Notes: generated from the letters alone by a model not told the origin. 35,904 bases of DNA from Nitrospirales bacterium (GCA_040004695.1 JBDUAJ010000001.1:1-35904), one strand, 5' to 3'. Shown: positions 8,657-17,336, numbered from the stretch's first letter. Made by a program: numbers and translations.

Positions 8657-10870
8657 ATGCTTGAATTTGCTGATTACTTGGATGTGCTAAAAAAACGAAA
8701 GTGGGTGCTGCTGGTCTGGGTCGTCGTGGGTCTCGTAGGGGCGGGAGTCGCGTTTCTCGTGTTGCCGAAAGCGTATCGGTCCAGCACGCTCATCCTTGTG
8801 GAATCGCAGAAAGTCCCCACCGATTATATTAAGCCGATGGCGGTGGACACCATCGAAGAACGCCTGATCGCGATCCAGCAACAGATACTGAGTCGAACGC
8901 TGTTGCAGAAAATCATTGAAGAGTTTCACGTGTATGACGACGAATTGAAGCGCCAGCCGCTCGAGGATGTGATCGATCTCATGCGTCGGGATATCAAAAT
9001 CACGATGGTGGACGATCGATTTCATCGGAACATTCAGGCCTTCACCATTTCCTACGATAGCGATGTCCCCGCTCTGGCCATGCAGGTCACGAATAAACTG
9101 GCGGCCCTCTTTATCGGCGAAAATTTGAAGGTTCGCGAACAATTAGTGGAGGGGACCTCAGAGTTCTTGGAAGGGGAACTCCTCCGCGTCAAAGAAAAAC
9201 TGGACCGTCAAGAGGCGGAAATCAGCCAGTATAAGCAAAAGCATATCGGGCAGCTGCCACAGCAAGAGGAGGCGATGTTCCGGACGCTCGATCGGCTCAC
9301 GATGGAGATGCAAACGCAGAACGATATGTTGCGGATGCTGGTCGAACGCAAGGAGATCATGCGTGATGCCCTCGAAACGTCGGCCGGCACTCCGGGTGGC
9401 GTTATTCATCTCTCCCCGAAAGGACGTCTCCGGCAACTTCGTGAGCAACTCGCTCAACTGTTATCCGAGTACAAAGATACCTATCCCGATGTCTTGCGTG
9501 TCAACCGGGAAATCAAGGATCTGGAGACCAGGGTAGCGCGGGGCCCCTCTGCGGACGATTTGGAAGAAGATGTGGTCGTCAGCGGCTCGGACATGGATTC
9601 CCAGTTACGCACGGTCGATGCGGAAATCAAGGTTCGACGCCATCGCGCGGGCGAGGTTCAGTCGCAAATCAAATCCCTGGAGCAACGGATGGAGCAGATG
9701 CCCATCCGCGAACAGGAGCTCAGTACGCTCCTGCGAGACTACGAAACCACTAATAAGCGCTACCAGTCTTTGCTGGCGAACAAAGAATCCGCAAAAATCA
9801 CCGAGCAGATGGAGAAGCGGCAGAAGGGTGAACAGTTCCGTGTGCTCGATCCGGCGAACCTGCCTATCAGGCCCGTCAAACCAGATCCGCTGCGTGTCTT
9901 TCTCGCGGGCATTACGGCCGGGTTGGTCCTAGGCGGTGGGACAATCTGGTGGCTCGATTTCAGGAATCTGCCGTTCCGTCGTCCGGAAGAAATCGAGAGC
10001 TCGCTTGGTTTGCCGATGCTGGCGAGTATTCCTCACATGTTCATGGTGGGAGGGCAGGACCGCAGCAACGGCCGAAACGGGACGCCGGCGGTGACTGGAT
10101 GGCGACAATGGCTTGACCGGATGAAGTTGCTACCCGGGAGTGCAGAAGACGGGAATGGAGCCTTGATGCACAAACTGCCCACAGGAGGTAAATCGCAACG
10201 TGTGCTGCAAGCGCATATGAATGCGCTGGGTGCCGAGCAGTTTCGTGTCTTAGCCGGTCGGATTGTGCAGGTCCGTGAGAAAAAGGGCGCTAAAATACTT
10301 GCGGTCACGAGTTCATTGGCCGGCGAAGGAAAAACGACGGTGGCTTTAGGATTGGCCATTACGCTCGCTCGGGATTACCTCGAAGAAACGATTCTGATTG
10401 ACGGTGATGTGCGCAATCCTGAGGTATCAACTCGTATGGGATTGCAAGACGAGCGTGGCTTGATCAATGTACTGGCCGGTGAATGTCTCTTGAACGAGGC
10501 GCTCTATCAGCATACCCATCCCAATCTGCGCATCCTGTCTGCCGGTACGGTGGAGAACGGAAGCCGAGGGCTGACCGCGACCCGAGTGGGAATGCAGGAA
10601 CTCTTGGCTGATTTGCGAGGCCGCGGGGTCATTGTGATCCTCGATGCGCCGCCTATTTTGCCGATGGCCGATATGAACCTCTTTTCCGAAGTCGTGGATG
10701 GGATTGTGCTGGTGGTTCGGGCAGAACAGACACCACAGGGTGTCGTCGCCGAGGCGTTGAGATTCCTCTCGGGAGGCAGCATTGAAGGCGTGGTGTTGAA
10801 CGATTTGGTGACCCCGCGGCACCAGTATTATGGTCGGTATGCGATTGCCGAACCACCTCCTGTACTGTGA
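8657..10870 (+). CDS. Fused polysaccharide chain-length determinant (Wzz/EpsF-like) and BY-type tyrosine autokinase (EpsG/Wzc-like)
   Basis: 737 aa. N-terminal Wzz motif with TM1 (LDVLKKRKWVLLVWVVVGLVGAGVAFLVLPKAY). A long coiled-coil periplasmic region is followed by TM2 (VFLAGITAGLVLGGGTIWWL). The cytoplasmic kinase has Walker A SSLAGEGKTT, Walker A' ILIDGDVRNP and Walker B VILDAPPILPMAD. The C-terminal tyrosine patch is QYYGRY. Confidence 0.9.
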   Translation: MLEFADYLDVLKKRKWVLLVWVVVGLVGAGVAFLVLPKAYRSSTLILVESQKVPTDYIKPMAVDTIEERLIAIQQQILSRTLLQKIIEEFHVYDDELKRQPLEDVIDLMRRDIKITMVDDRFHRNIQAFTISYDSDVPALAMQVTNKLAALFIGENLKVREQLVEGTSEFLEGELLRVKEKLDRQEAEISQYKQKHIGQLPQQEEAMFRTLDRLTMEMQTQNDMLRMLVERKEIMRDALETSAGTPGGVIHLSPKGRLRQLREQLAQLLSEYKDTYPDVLRVNREIKDLETRVARGPSADDLEEDVVVSGSDMDSQLRTVDAEIKVRRHRAGEVQSQIKSLEQRMEQMPIREQELSTLLRDYETTNKRYQSLLANKESAKITEQMEKRQKGEQFRVLDPANLPIRPVKPDPLRVFLAGITAGLVLGGGTIWWLDFRNLPFRRPEEIESSLGLPMLASIPHMFMVGGQDRSNGRNGTPAVTGWRQWLDRMKLLPGSAEDGNGALMHKLPTGGKSQRVLQAHMNALGAEQFRVLAGRIVQVREKKGAKILAVTSSLAGEGKTTVALGLAITLARDYLEETILIDGDVRNPEVSTRMGLQDERGLINVLAGECLLNEALYQHTHPNLRILSAGTVENGSRGLTATRVGMQELLADLRGRGVIVILDAPPILPMADMNLFSEVVDGIVLVVRAEQTPQGVVAEALRFLSGGSIEGVVLNDLVTPRHQYYGRYAIAEPPPVL

Positions 10871-10916
10871 GGCCCGCCTTGTGCTTGGTCACGGCATCAG
10901 TTGCATTGGGGCCTAG

Positions 10917-10946
10917 ATGTTCTTATGATAATGAAATGTTCTTATG
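10917..10946 (+). promoter_or_regulatory. Perfect 11-bp direct repeat ATGTTCTTATG x2 (10917-10927 and 10936-10946) overlapping a candidate promoter
   Basis: Seen directly in the sequence. Start-to-start spacing is 19 nt, within the 113-bp spacer upstream of the sensor gene. The possible promoter is TTGCAT (10901-10906), 17 nt, then TATGAT (10924-10929). Confidence 0.45.
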
Positions 10947-10983
10947 TGTTTCACGGTATTTGCTAATGTAGGCTGTTCGAGAA

Positions 10984-13005
10984 GTGGACGAGACGGTGAC
11001 GAAGGCCAATTCTAAGCATAACCTTTCACGGGCTTATTGGATGTACTCTGTAAGCCTCTTAGCAATTTTGCTCGGGCTATGCCTGGGGATTGGTCTTGCG
11101 GCTCAGTCGGCCAGCCACCATATCGAAGGATTTTTGGTGGAGTCCGCCGGACGCGGGCTCGTGCAATCTGCAACGGCGCTGGCAGAATCACTGAACCGTG
11201 TGCTGTTTGAGCATGATTTAGAGAGTCAGATCATTGCGCAAAGCCCTGTCTTACGCCGCTCAGATTCAGATGCGCTGGGGACATACCTGCGTGGTCTCAA
11301 ATCGACATGGCCCGAGTATATGAGCCTTCAAGTGGTTGATGCCGGCGGCACAGTCATCGCGGCGACCGATTCTTCGCTGATCGGGAAGAATGCGAGCCAG
11401 TATGCATGGTACAAAACGTTGTTGGAAGGCAGGCGTGTAGATCTCCGGAGTGCCGATCTATTCGATCACACTCGTCGGATGATGTTGTTCCCTTCAACGA
11501 TTCTGGGTGATGAAGGGCAATTTCTCGGTGTCGTTGTCTTGCAGGTTGGCCTGCAAAGTATGGAGTTTATTTTGGACGGAGCGAAACGGTCAGCGGCACT
11601 ACGATCACCGGCTGCGAGGCTCGATTATCAGCTCGTGACGAATGACGGCATGGTCCTCCACGATTCGGCCCCTCATGAGAAGCCCTCAGAAAACCATGCA
11701 GGCATGGGGCACGCAATGTTGAATGGGTCAGAAAAGGTAGGCTATCGGGAAGAGCTGCATCCCCAACGACATGTTGCTGTTGTGACGGGCTATGCGCCGG
11801 TGAATCGATACGGACAGGTTCCCGGATGGCAATGGACGCTTCTGCTCTCGACAGACCGCGAAACCATTCTGACGCCCTTCCATCGACTGGTGGCGACCAC
11901 CATGATATGGGGTGGAATGGGACTCCTGATTTTTGTCGCCATCTTGATGTGGCTCATCGGCCGGCTCAAGAAGGCCTCGGCGGTGCCACAATCTGAAATG
12001 GCCGCAGCCACAGCGGGGGTATCTGCCAAGGTAAGAGCCCCGGTGCAATCCGCCAGTCCCACTAAGGCGCCCCACTCTCTGCTTCGCAAACCTGTGGCGT
12101 CGCGCACGGATGACAGACCGCCGGCATCGATCGAACCCGTTGCGATCGAGCCTGGACGGTGGGAAGAATTGCGGCGATGGGTTCGGATTGCCGAGGTCAA
12201 CCGAGTGTGTCTCTTTAAAAACCATCGGGAAGACGGGGAACTGTGGGCCAGCCGGCGGTACGAATGGATTGGCTTGGGAGAGGTGGCGCGCACGGAATGG
12301 TCCCAATGGTTCAGTTGGTCCCTCAGGGCAAAAGGGTTTTCGCGGTGGGAGCATACACTCGCGCAGGGGCAGGTCATCAGCGGGGCCGTGACCACATTTC
12401 CGCCGGCTGAGGCGGCCGCGTTAATGTCGTGCGGCATTCATACCGTGTTGGTCGTTCCGCTTTGTATCCGCGGGGAGTGGTGGGGCTTCGTCGAATTCGA
12501 CCACTGCTTTACAGACCGAGTGTGGTCGGGACCTGAAGAGCAAGGATTACGCGCCATGGTCGAGCTTCTCCAAACGGTGATTCAGCAGGCAGCCGGCGAG
12601 GAACATCTCCAGCGGCTGTTGGCGATCATTGATACGGTCTTGGAATCGACCGCAGACGGCATTCTCGTTGTGGATGGGGAAGGGAACCTGGTCAACTTTA
12701 ATCAACGTCTGGTGTCGCTGTGGAACATGCCGGATGCAGTGACGGAATCCCGCCTCACGGAAGAAATTATGGGTTGGATGATGCGGCAGCTGAAAATCCC
12801 CGATGTGCTGCTCAGAACGATGAGTGAACTGGGCAACGAACCTGACGCGGAAAGCTATGACATCCTCGAACTTCAAGATGGACGAATGGTAGAACGGTTA
12901 TCGAAACCACGGAGAGAAGGCGACCAGTGTGATGGCCGTATTTGGATCTTCCGTGAATCGATTGCGCTCAAACCCACGACGTTGAGTGTACACTCATCAC
13001 AGTGA
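10984..13005 (+). CDS. Membrane sensor protein: Cache-like periplasmic domain, TM, low-complexity linker, GAF, PAS. No histidine-kinase core.
   Basis: 673 aa. TM1 is YWMYSVSLLAILLGLCLGIGLAA. A ~270-aa extracytoplasmic domain is followed by TM2 MIWGGMGLLIFVAILMWLIG (~11900-11960) and an Ala/Pro/Ser-rich linker. The GAF-like region contains VLVVPLCIRGEWWGFVEFDH. The PAS region runs LESTADGILVVDGEGNLVNFNQ...GRIWIFRE. The ORF stops 15 codons after the PAS domain. The start (GTG 10984 or 10996) is uncertain. Confidence 0.75.
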   Translation: MDETVTKANSKHNLSRAYWMYSVSLLAILLGLCLGIGLAAQSASHHIEGFLVESAGRGLVQSATALAESLNRVLFEHDLESQIIAQSPVLRRSDSDALGTYLRGLKSTWPEYMSLQVVDAGGTVIAATDSSLIGKNASQYAWYKTLLEGRRVDLRSADLFDHTRRMMLFPSTILGDEGQFLGVVVLQVGLQSMEFILDGAKRSAALRSPAARLDYQLVTNDGMVLHDSAPHEKPSENHAGMGHAMLNGSEKVGYREELHPQRHVAVVTGYAPVNRYGQVPGWQWTLLLSTDRETILTPFHRLVATTMIWGGMGLLIFVAILMWLIGRLKKASAVPQSEMAAATAGVSAKVRAPVQSASPTKAPHSLLRKPVASRTDDRPPASIEPVAIEPGRWEELRRWVRIAEVNRVCLFKNHREDGELWASRRYEWIGLGEVARTEWSQWFSWSLRAKGFSRWEHTLAQGQVISGAVTTFPPAEAAALMSCGIHTVLVVPLCIRGEWWGFVEFDHCFTDRVWSGPEEQGLRAMVELLQTVIQQAAGEEHLQRLLAIIDTVLESTADGILVVDGEGNLVNFNQRLVSLWNMPDAVTESRLTEEIMGWMMRQLKIPDVLLRTMSELGNEPDAESYDILELQDGRMVERLSKPRREGDQCDGRIWIFRESIALKPTTLSVHSSQ

Positions 13006-13027
13006 AACGATGTTGACGGAGCGGACT

Positions 13028-13660
13028 ATGATAAAAGTATTGATTGCCGATGACCATGCCGTCGTCTTGGAAGGGCTGAAGCAAATTTTATCGGAGACGC
13101 CGGACATCATTGTCTCGGCTCAGGCGACGAACGGCCAGGAAGTGTTGGACAAGATCCGGTCCAATAACGTCGACGTGGTCGTGCTGGATATTGCGATGCC
13201 TGGACGGAGCGGACTCGACACCCTGATGCACATTAAGCGGGAACGACCAAGTCTTCCCGTCTTGGTCCTCAGTGTCCATCCTGAAGATCAATATGCCGTC
13301 CGTGTGCTCAAAGCGGGGGCGTACGGATACCTCACGAAAGATAGCGCGCCGGATCAGCTCGTGGCGGCCATTCGTAAGGTGGTGACCGGCGGGAAGTATG
13401 TGAGCCCGTCGCTCGCAGAAAAGTTAGCGTTCGATTTAGAATCCGATTCCGGTAAACCGCTGCATGAGACGCTCTCAGACCGCGAGTATGAAGTGCTCTG
13501 TATGATCGCCCTCGGCAAGACGGTCAAAGAGATTGCAGACAAATTATCCTTAAGCGTCAAAACGATCAGCACGTATCGTGCGCGCATTCTGGAAAAAATG
13601 AAGATGAAAAATAATGCCGAATTGACGCATTATGTGATCCGCGAAGGCCTGATCGACTAG
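13028..13660 (+). CDS. NarL/FixJ (LuxR-type HTH) response regulator
   Basis: ATG at 13028 follows GGAG (13015-13018). The REC domain has the acidic pair ADDH, phospho-acceptor VVVLDIAMPG, LVLSVH and conserved Lys in GYLTKD. The C-terminal LuxR HTH is LSDREYEVLCMIALGKTVKEIADKLSLSVKTISTYRARILEKM. Confidence 0.9.
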   Translation: MIKVLIADDHAVVLEGLKQILSETPDIIVSAQATNGQEVLDKIRSNNVDVVVLDIAMPGRSGLDTLMHIKRERPSLPVLVLSVHPEDQYAVRVLKAGAYGYLTKDSAPDQLVAAIRKVVTGGKYVSPSLAEKLAFDLESDSGKPLHETLSDREYEVLCMIALGKTVKEIADKLSLSVKTISTYRARILEKMKMKNNAELTHYVIREGLID

Positions 13661-13898
13661 TCCCCCTATGTTCGTTTGTCGCAGCTACCTCGACTTTAAA
13701 ATAACCATAGTTATACCTAGTTTAATATTTGTAGTTCATCCGAATCGACCCTGGTCTCGATCACGCAGGCGCCTTTCGCGTATGATTCCGTGATGGCGGG
13801 TCTGGATACACGCTTGAAACCATATTCTCCCCACCTCCCCAGTGCCGGGCATCTGAAACTTTCTTCAACGGACGATAGACTGCTGGGATCTTCAGTAT

Positions 13899-14092
13899 TG
13901 TACAGGACAAAAGCGCCTGTGCAGCCCCCCATCACGTACACACTAGTGAGTAGTCACTTCAATGGACAATCCTGCCAGAGCACTCTAGGGGTCGATGTAC
14001 AAGTATGTACCACCTACTGTTTGTAAGAATTCTACGAACAAGCGATCGAAAGAAGTCCTACATTCCTTCCAGTGCTTTTCTGATGTTGTACA
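13899..14092. promoter_or_regulatory. Cluster of TGTACA-type hexamers in the AT-rich 450-bp spacer upstream of the EPS biosynthetic genes
   Basis: TGTACA occurs at 13899-13904, 13996-14001 and 14087-14092. Variants are TGTACC at 14006-14011 and CGTACA at 13935-13940. GTACA-AGTA-TGTAC (13997-14010) is an inverted pair. A 14-bp perfect palindrome TGAGTGTACACTCA lies at 12983-12996, just upstream of the response-regulator start. Confidence 0.4.
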
Positions 14093-14110
14093 CCACCAAA
14101 GCCAATTAGG

Positions 14111-15391
14111 ATGCACGCAGCAGTCAGTTCGAGGCTCCGAGCACAAAGTGAGGGCGAGGAGATGGCCGAGACGGAAGAAACGTTTTCAGATGTTGTCCAA
14201 TTTGGCTCGTCCCAATTGGACGCCGCCGCAAGGAGTCACGTACTTCAATGGAAGACATTTGGAGCCGGTGAGCGTAGTGTCCCCTCCCTGGAAGAGGCCG
14301 TATGGAGCACACAGGTGGCCGATGCATCCCCCTTCACGGCCCGATGGGTATGGAAGTACCGCAAGAATTCACTGCCTGCCAATGACAAGGCCATTGCAGC
14401 GGTTGATCGGAACACCCGCGCGCGCAGAAAGAGAGTGCTGGTGCTCGGGGATGGTCCGTTGGGAGATCGAATCGTTGCGGCACTTCAAGGCCATCCATCC
14501 TATGAACTGGTCGGACACCTGCATAAACAGTGTGTGGCGGAGACGCCCGATGTGATTGATGATGCAAATCATGCCGCGGAATCCTTAGCGCGTTTAGAGC
14601 ATATCGCCGTGCGAGACGGAGTCCACCGAATCGTGGTGACCATGACCGAGCGGAGAGGTCTTCCCATGAACCAGCTTTTAGCCTGCCGGTTTCATGGCAT
14701 GGTGGTCGAGGATGCCGTGGAATTTTACGAACGGCTGAACCACAAAATCGCTCTCGAGGGTCTCAGTCCCAGCTACTTCGTGTTTCACGGTGGCTTTCGA
14801 TGGCCATCACGCTCAGTGAAGCGTGGAGTAGACGTGCTCTTAGCCCTCCTCGCACTGCTCGTGACCATTCCCCTCTTTATTCTTCTGCCCATTCTGGTCA
14901 AGCTCAGTTCGCGTGGACCGGTGTTTTACCGGCAGGAGCGAGTCGGTTGGCAAGGGCGGCGATTCACCATCCTGAAATTTCGCTCAATGCGAATGGATGC
15001 AGAGGAGCCTGGAGGTGCCATATGGGCGGAGGAACACGACCCTCGGGTCACGGCAATAGGACGATTCATGCGACGGTATCGGATCGATGAATTGCCTCAA
15101 CTCATGAACGTGTTGCGAGGGGATATGAGTATGGTGGGCCCGCGGCCGGAGCGTCCGGAGTTTATCGGACGGTTGTCGAGAGACGTGCCATATTACGCCT
15201 ATCGGCTGGCCGTCAAGCCCGGCATCACAGGATGGGCGCAAGTGAAGTTTCGCTACGGCGCGACCGTTCAAGATGCTGCAGAAAAGCTGCAATACGACCT
15301 CTATTACATCAAGCATATGTCCGTGCGTTTGGACGGTTTGATCGCCTTGAAAACCATACGCACTGTTCTCTCTCGATCGGGGTCCCGCTAA
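14111..15391 (+). CDS. Undecaprenyl-phosphate sugar phosphotransferase (bacterial sugar transferase; EpsB_2/WbaP-C-like priming enzyme)
   Basis: Rossmann-like region is RVLVLGDGPLGDRIVAAL, followed by a single TM (VDVLLALLALLVTIPLFILLPILV). Catalytic-domain motifs are GPVFYRQERVG, FTILKFRSM, DELPQL, MSMVGPRPERPEF and KPGITGWAQV. The start is uncertain (ATG 14111 or 14162). There is no N-terminal TM bundle. Confidence 0.85.
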   Translation: MHAAVSSRLRAQSEGEEMAETEETFSDVVQFGSSQLDAAARSHVLQWKTFGAGERSVPSLEEAVWSTQVADASPFTARWVWKYRKNSLPANDKAIAAVDRNTRARRKRVLVLGDGPLGDRIVAALQGHPSYELVGHLHKQCVAETPDVIDDANHAAESLARLEHIAVRDGVHRIVVTMTERRGLPMNQLLACRFHGMVVEDAVEFYERLNHKIALEGLSPSYFVFHGGFRWPSRSVKRGVDVLLALLALLVTIPLFILLPILVKLSSRGPVFYRQERVGWQGRRFTILKFRSMRMDAEEPGGAIWAEEHDPRVTAIGRFMRRYRIDELPQLMNVLRGDMSMVGPRPERPEFIGRLSRDVPYYAYRLAVKPGITGWAQVKFRYGATVQDAAEKLQYDLYYIKHMSVRLDGLIALKTIRTVLSRSGSR

Positions 15392-15414
15392 AGCGGACCG
15401 TCAGGACTACACTC

Positions 15415-16266
15415 ATGAATGTGTTGACCATCGATGTCGAAGAATATTTCCACGTGTCGGCTTTCGAGCACATTGTCACGGCTGAGGATTGGCCGGGATA
15501 CGAGAGTCGTGTCGAGCGGACTACCAGTCGATTGTTGGAACACTTTTCGGAAGCGGGCGCAAAAGCCACCTTCTTTGTGCTCGGTTGGGTGGCGGAACGT
15601 CACCCGGCCCTGATTCGAACGATTCGCGCACAGGGGCATGAAGTCGCTTCGCACGGCTATGCCCATCAGGTATTGACCGCCCTCACGCCGTCCCAGTTTC
15701 GAGCCGATGTCCGCCGCGCCAAGCAGATACTGGAAGACATTCTGGGCGAGCCGGTCTTGGGTTATCGCGCTCCGAGTTTTACAATCACGGAAGATACGGT
15801 CTGGGCCTTACGGATCTTGGTGGAGGAAGGCTACCTATACGACTCCAGCATTTTTCCTGTGTGGCATGACCGGTATGGACTTCACGGCGCGAATCCTTAT
15901 TGTCATCGGTTAATGACGGCGGCGGGGCCTATCTGGGAAATTCCTCCTTCGACCCTTCCGATCAGGAATATGCGGTTGCCGGTAGCCGGTGGCGGCTATT
16001 TCCGCTTGTGGCCGTATCGGCTGCTGAGACGATGGTTGCGCGCCATCGAATGTGCCGGGCATCCGCTTGTGCTGTACCTGCATCCATGGGAAATCGATCC
16101 AGGACAGCCGAGACTGCAGGTGTCGGCCTTGTCTCGATACCGGCATTACCTGAATCTTCACAAAACGGAAGCCCGGTTGATTCGATTATTACAGGATTTC
16201 CGATTCGGCTCCATCTGCGAGACCGTTGCGCCGATCCTGCAGTTGACTCGAGAACGGGTCGCCTGA
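15415..16266 (+). CDS. Polysaccharide deacetylase family protein (PEP-CTERM-locus type)
   Basis: Start set at ATG 15415 (MNVLTIDVEEYFHVSAFE). Motifs FFVLGWVAERHP, ASHGYAH and GYRAPSF are present. The listed ORF start at 15232 overlaps the preceding gene. Confidence 0.85.
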   Translation: MNVLTIDVEEYFHVSAFEHIVTAEDWPGYESRVERTTSRLLEHFSEAGAKATFFVLGWVAERHPALIRTIRAQGHEVASHGYAHQVLTALTPSQFRADVRRAKQILEDILGEPVLGYRAPSFTITEDTVWALRILVEEGYLYDSSIFPVWHDRYGLHGANPYCHRLMTAAGPIWEIPPSTLPIRNMRLPVAGGGYFRLWPYRLLRRWLRAIECAGHPLVLYLHPWEIDPGQPRLQVSALSRYRHYLNLHKTEARLIRLLQDFRFGSICETVAPILQLTRERVA

Positions 16267-17336
16267 TGCGAGTCGATCTTCAACGAAAGACCGTGCAGCG
16301 GTCGGCCGCGACGGCCACCGAGGTCGTGCTCTTCGATCATCCGGCGGCTTGGAACGCGTATGTGAGTTCCCATCCGCGCGGGACGTTTTACCATCGGTTC
16401 GAATGGTTGCCGCTGATTGCCCGCGTCTTCGGCCATCGAGTGCTTCCTATGGCGATGGTATTGGGTGACCAGATCGTCGGTATATTTCCATTAGTCCATA
16501 TGCGGTCAATGCTCTTCGGCCGTGTCCTCGTCTCGATGCCGTTTGTGAATTACGGCGGCTTACTGGGCGATTCGCCTGAGATCGAAGAGGCGCTGTGGAA
16601 CGCGGCTATTCAGACCGCGCGGGAGCATGGCCTGAGTTCTGTAGAAGCACGGCACCTGACCCCGCACCGATTTATTGACCAAGCCAAACAACACAAAGTC
16701 GGCATGACGCTCAATCTCGCCCCAACGATTGAGGCGCAGTGGAAGGCGTTTAATGCGAAGTTGCGCAATCAGATTCGGAAATCAGAACTGTCGAGTCTAT
16801 CGATCCGGGTCGGCGGCGCGACGGAAGTCGGCGCCTTTTACGATGTCTTTGCGCGTAATATGCGTGATCTCGGCACGCCGGTGTATCACCGAGCTTTGTT
16901 CACGAAACTGTTCGAGACGTTTCCGGAGGCATGCCGGGTGTTCACCGTGCGAGATCATGAGACCGTCGTCGCGGCGGCGATCGCCATTGCGCATCGCGGG
17001 ACATTGGAGGTACCGTGGGCTGCCTCTCGACGCGATGCGCTGTCCCTGTGCCCCAACCACAGGCTCTATTGGGAATTGATTCAGCACACTATCAAGGCCG
17101 GCTTCACCCAGTTTGATTTTGGGCGTAGCACTCCGGGATCGGGCCCGTATAAATTCAAAGAGCAGTGGGGCGCGGGGGAGGTTCCGCAGTTCTGGGAATA
17201 CTGGACGGCCACAGGCTCGCTGCCAAACGTGACTCCTCACAATCCGCGCTACACTCTGGCCGTACGCCTGTGGAAGACGTTGCCGCTGAGGGTGGCCAAC
17301 ACGGTAGGTCCGTGGATTGTCCGCAACATCCCATGA
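16266..17336 (+). CDS. FemAB-related protein (PEP-CTERM-system-associated type), paralog 1
   Basis: TGATG overlap with the deacetylase stop (16264-16268). N-terminus is WNAYVSSHPRGTFYHRFEWLPLIARVFGH. Other matching segments are NAKLRNQIRKS, WAASRRDALSLCPNHRLYWELI and YKFKEQWGA, giving a FemAB/GNAT-like two-lobe pattern. Confidence 0.8.
   Translation: MRVDLQRKTVQRSAATATEVVLFDHPAAWNAYVSSHPRGTFYHRFEWLPLIARVFGHRVLPMAMVLGDQIVGIFPLVHMRSMLFGRVLVSMPFVNYGGLLGDSPEIEEALWNAAIQTAREHGLSSVEARHLTPHRFIDQAKQHKVGMTLNLAPTIEAQWKAFNAKLRNQIRKSELSSLSIRVGGATEVGAFYDVFARNMRDLGTPVYHRALFTKLFETFPEACRVFTVRDHETVVAAAIAIAHRGTLEVPWAASRRDALSLCPNHRLYWELIQHTIKAGFTQFDFGRSTPGSGPYKFKEQWGAGEVPQFWEYWTATGSLPNVTPHNPRYTLAVRLWKTLPLRVANTVGPWIVRNIP

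Noticed and set aside
13995-14555. 186-aa plus-strand ORF overlapping the start of the sugar transferase in another frame.
   Set aside because: It is Arg/Trp/Pro-rich with no recognisable domain. The overlapping frame carries the conserved transferase sequence.
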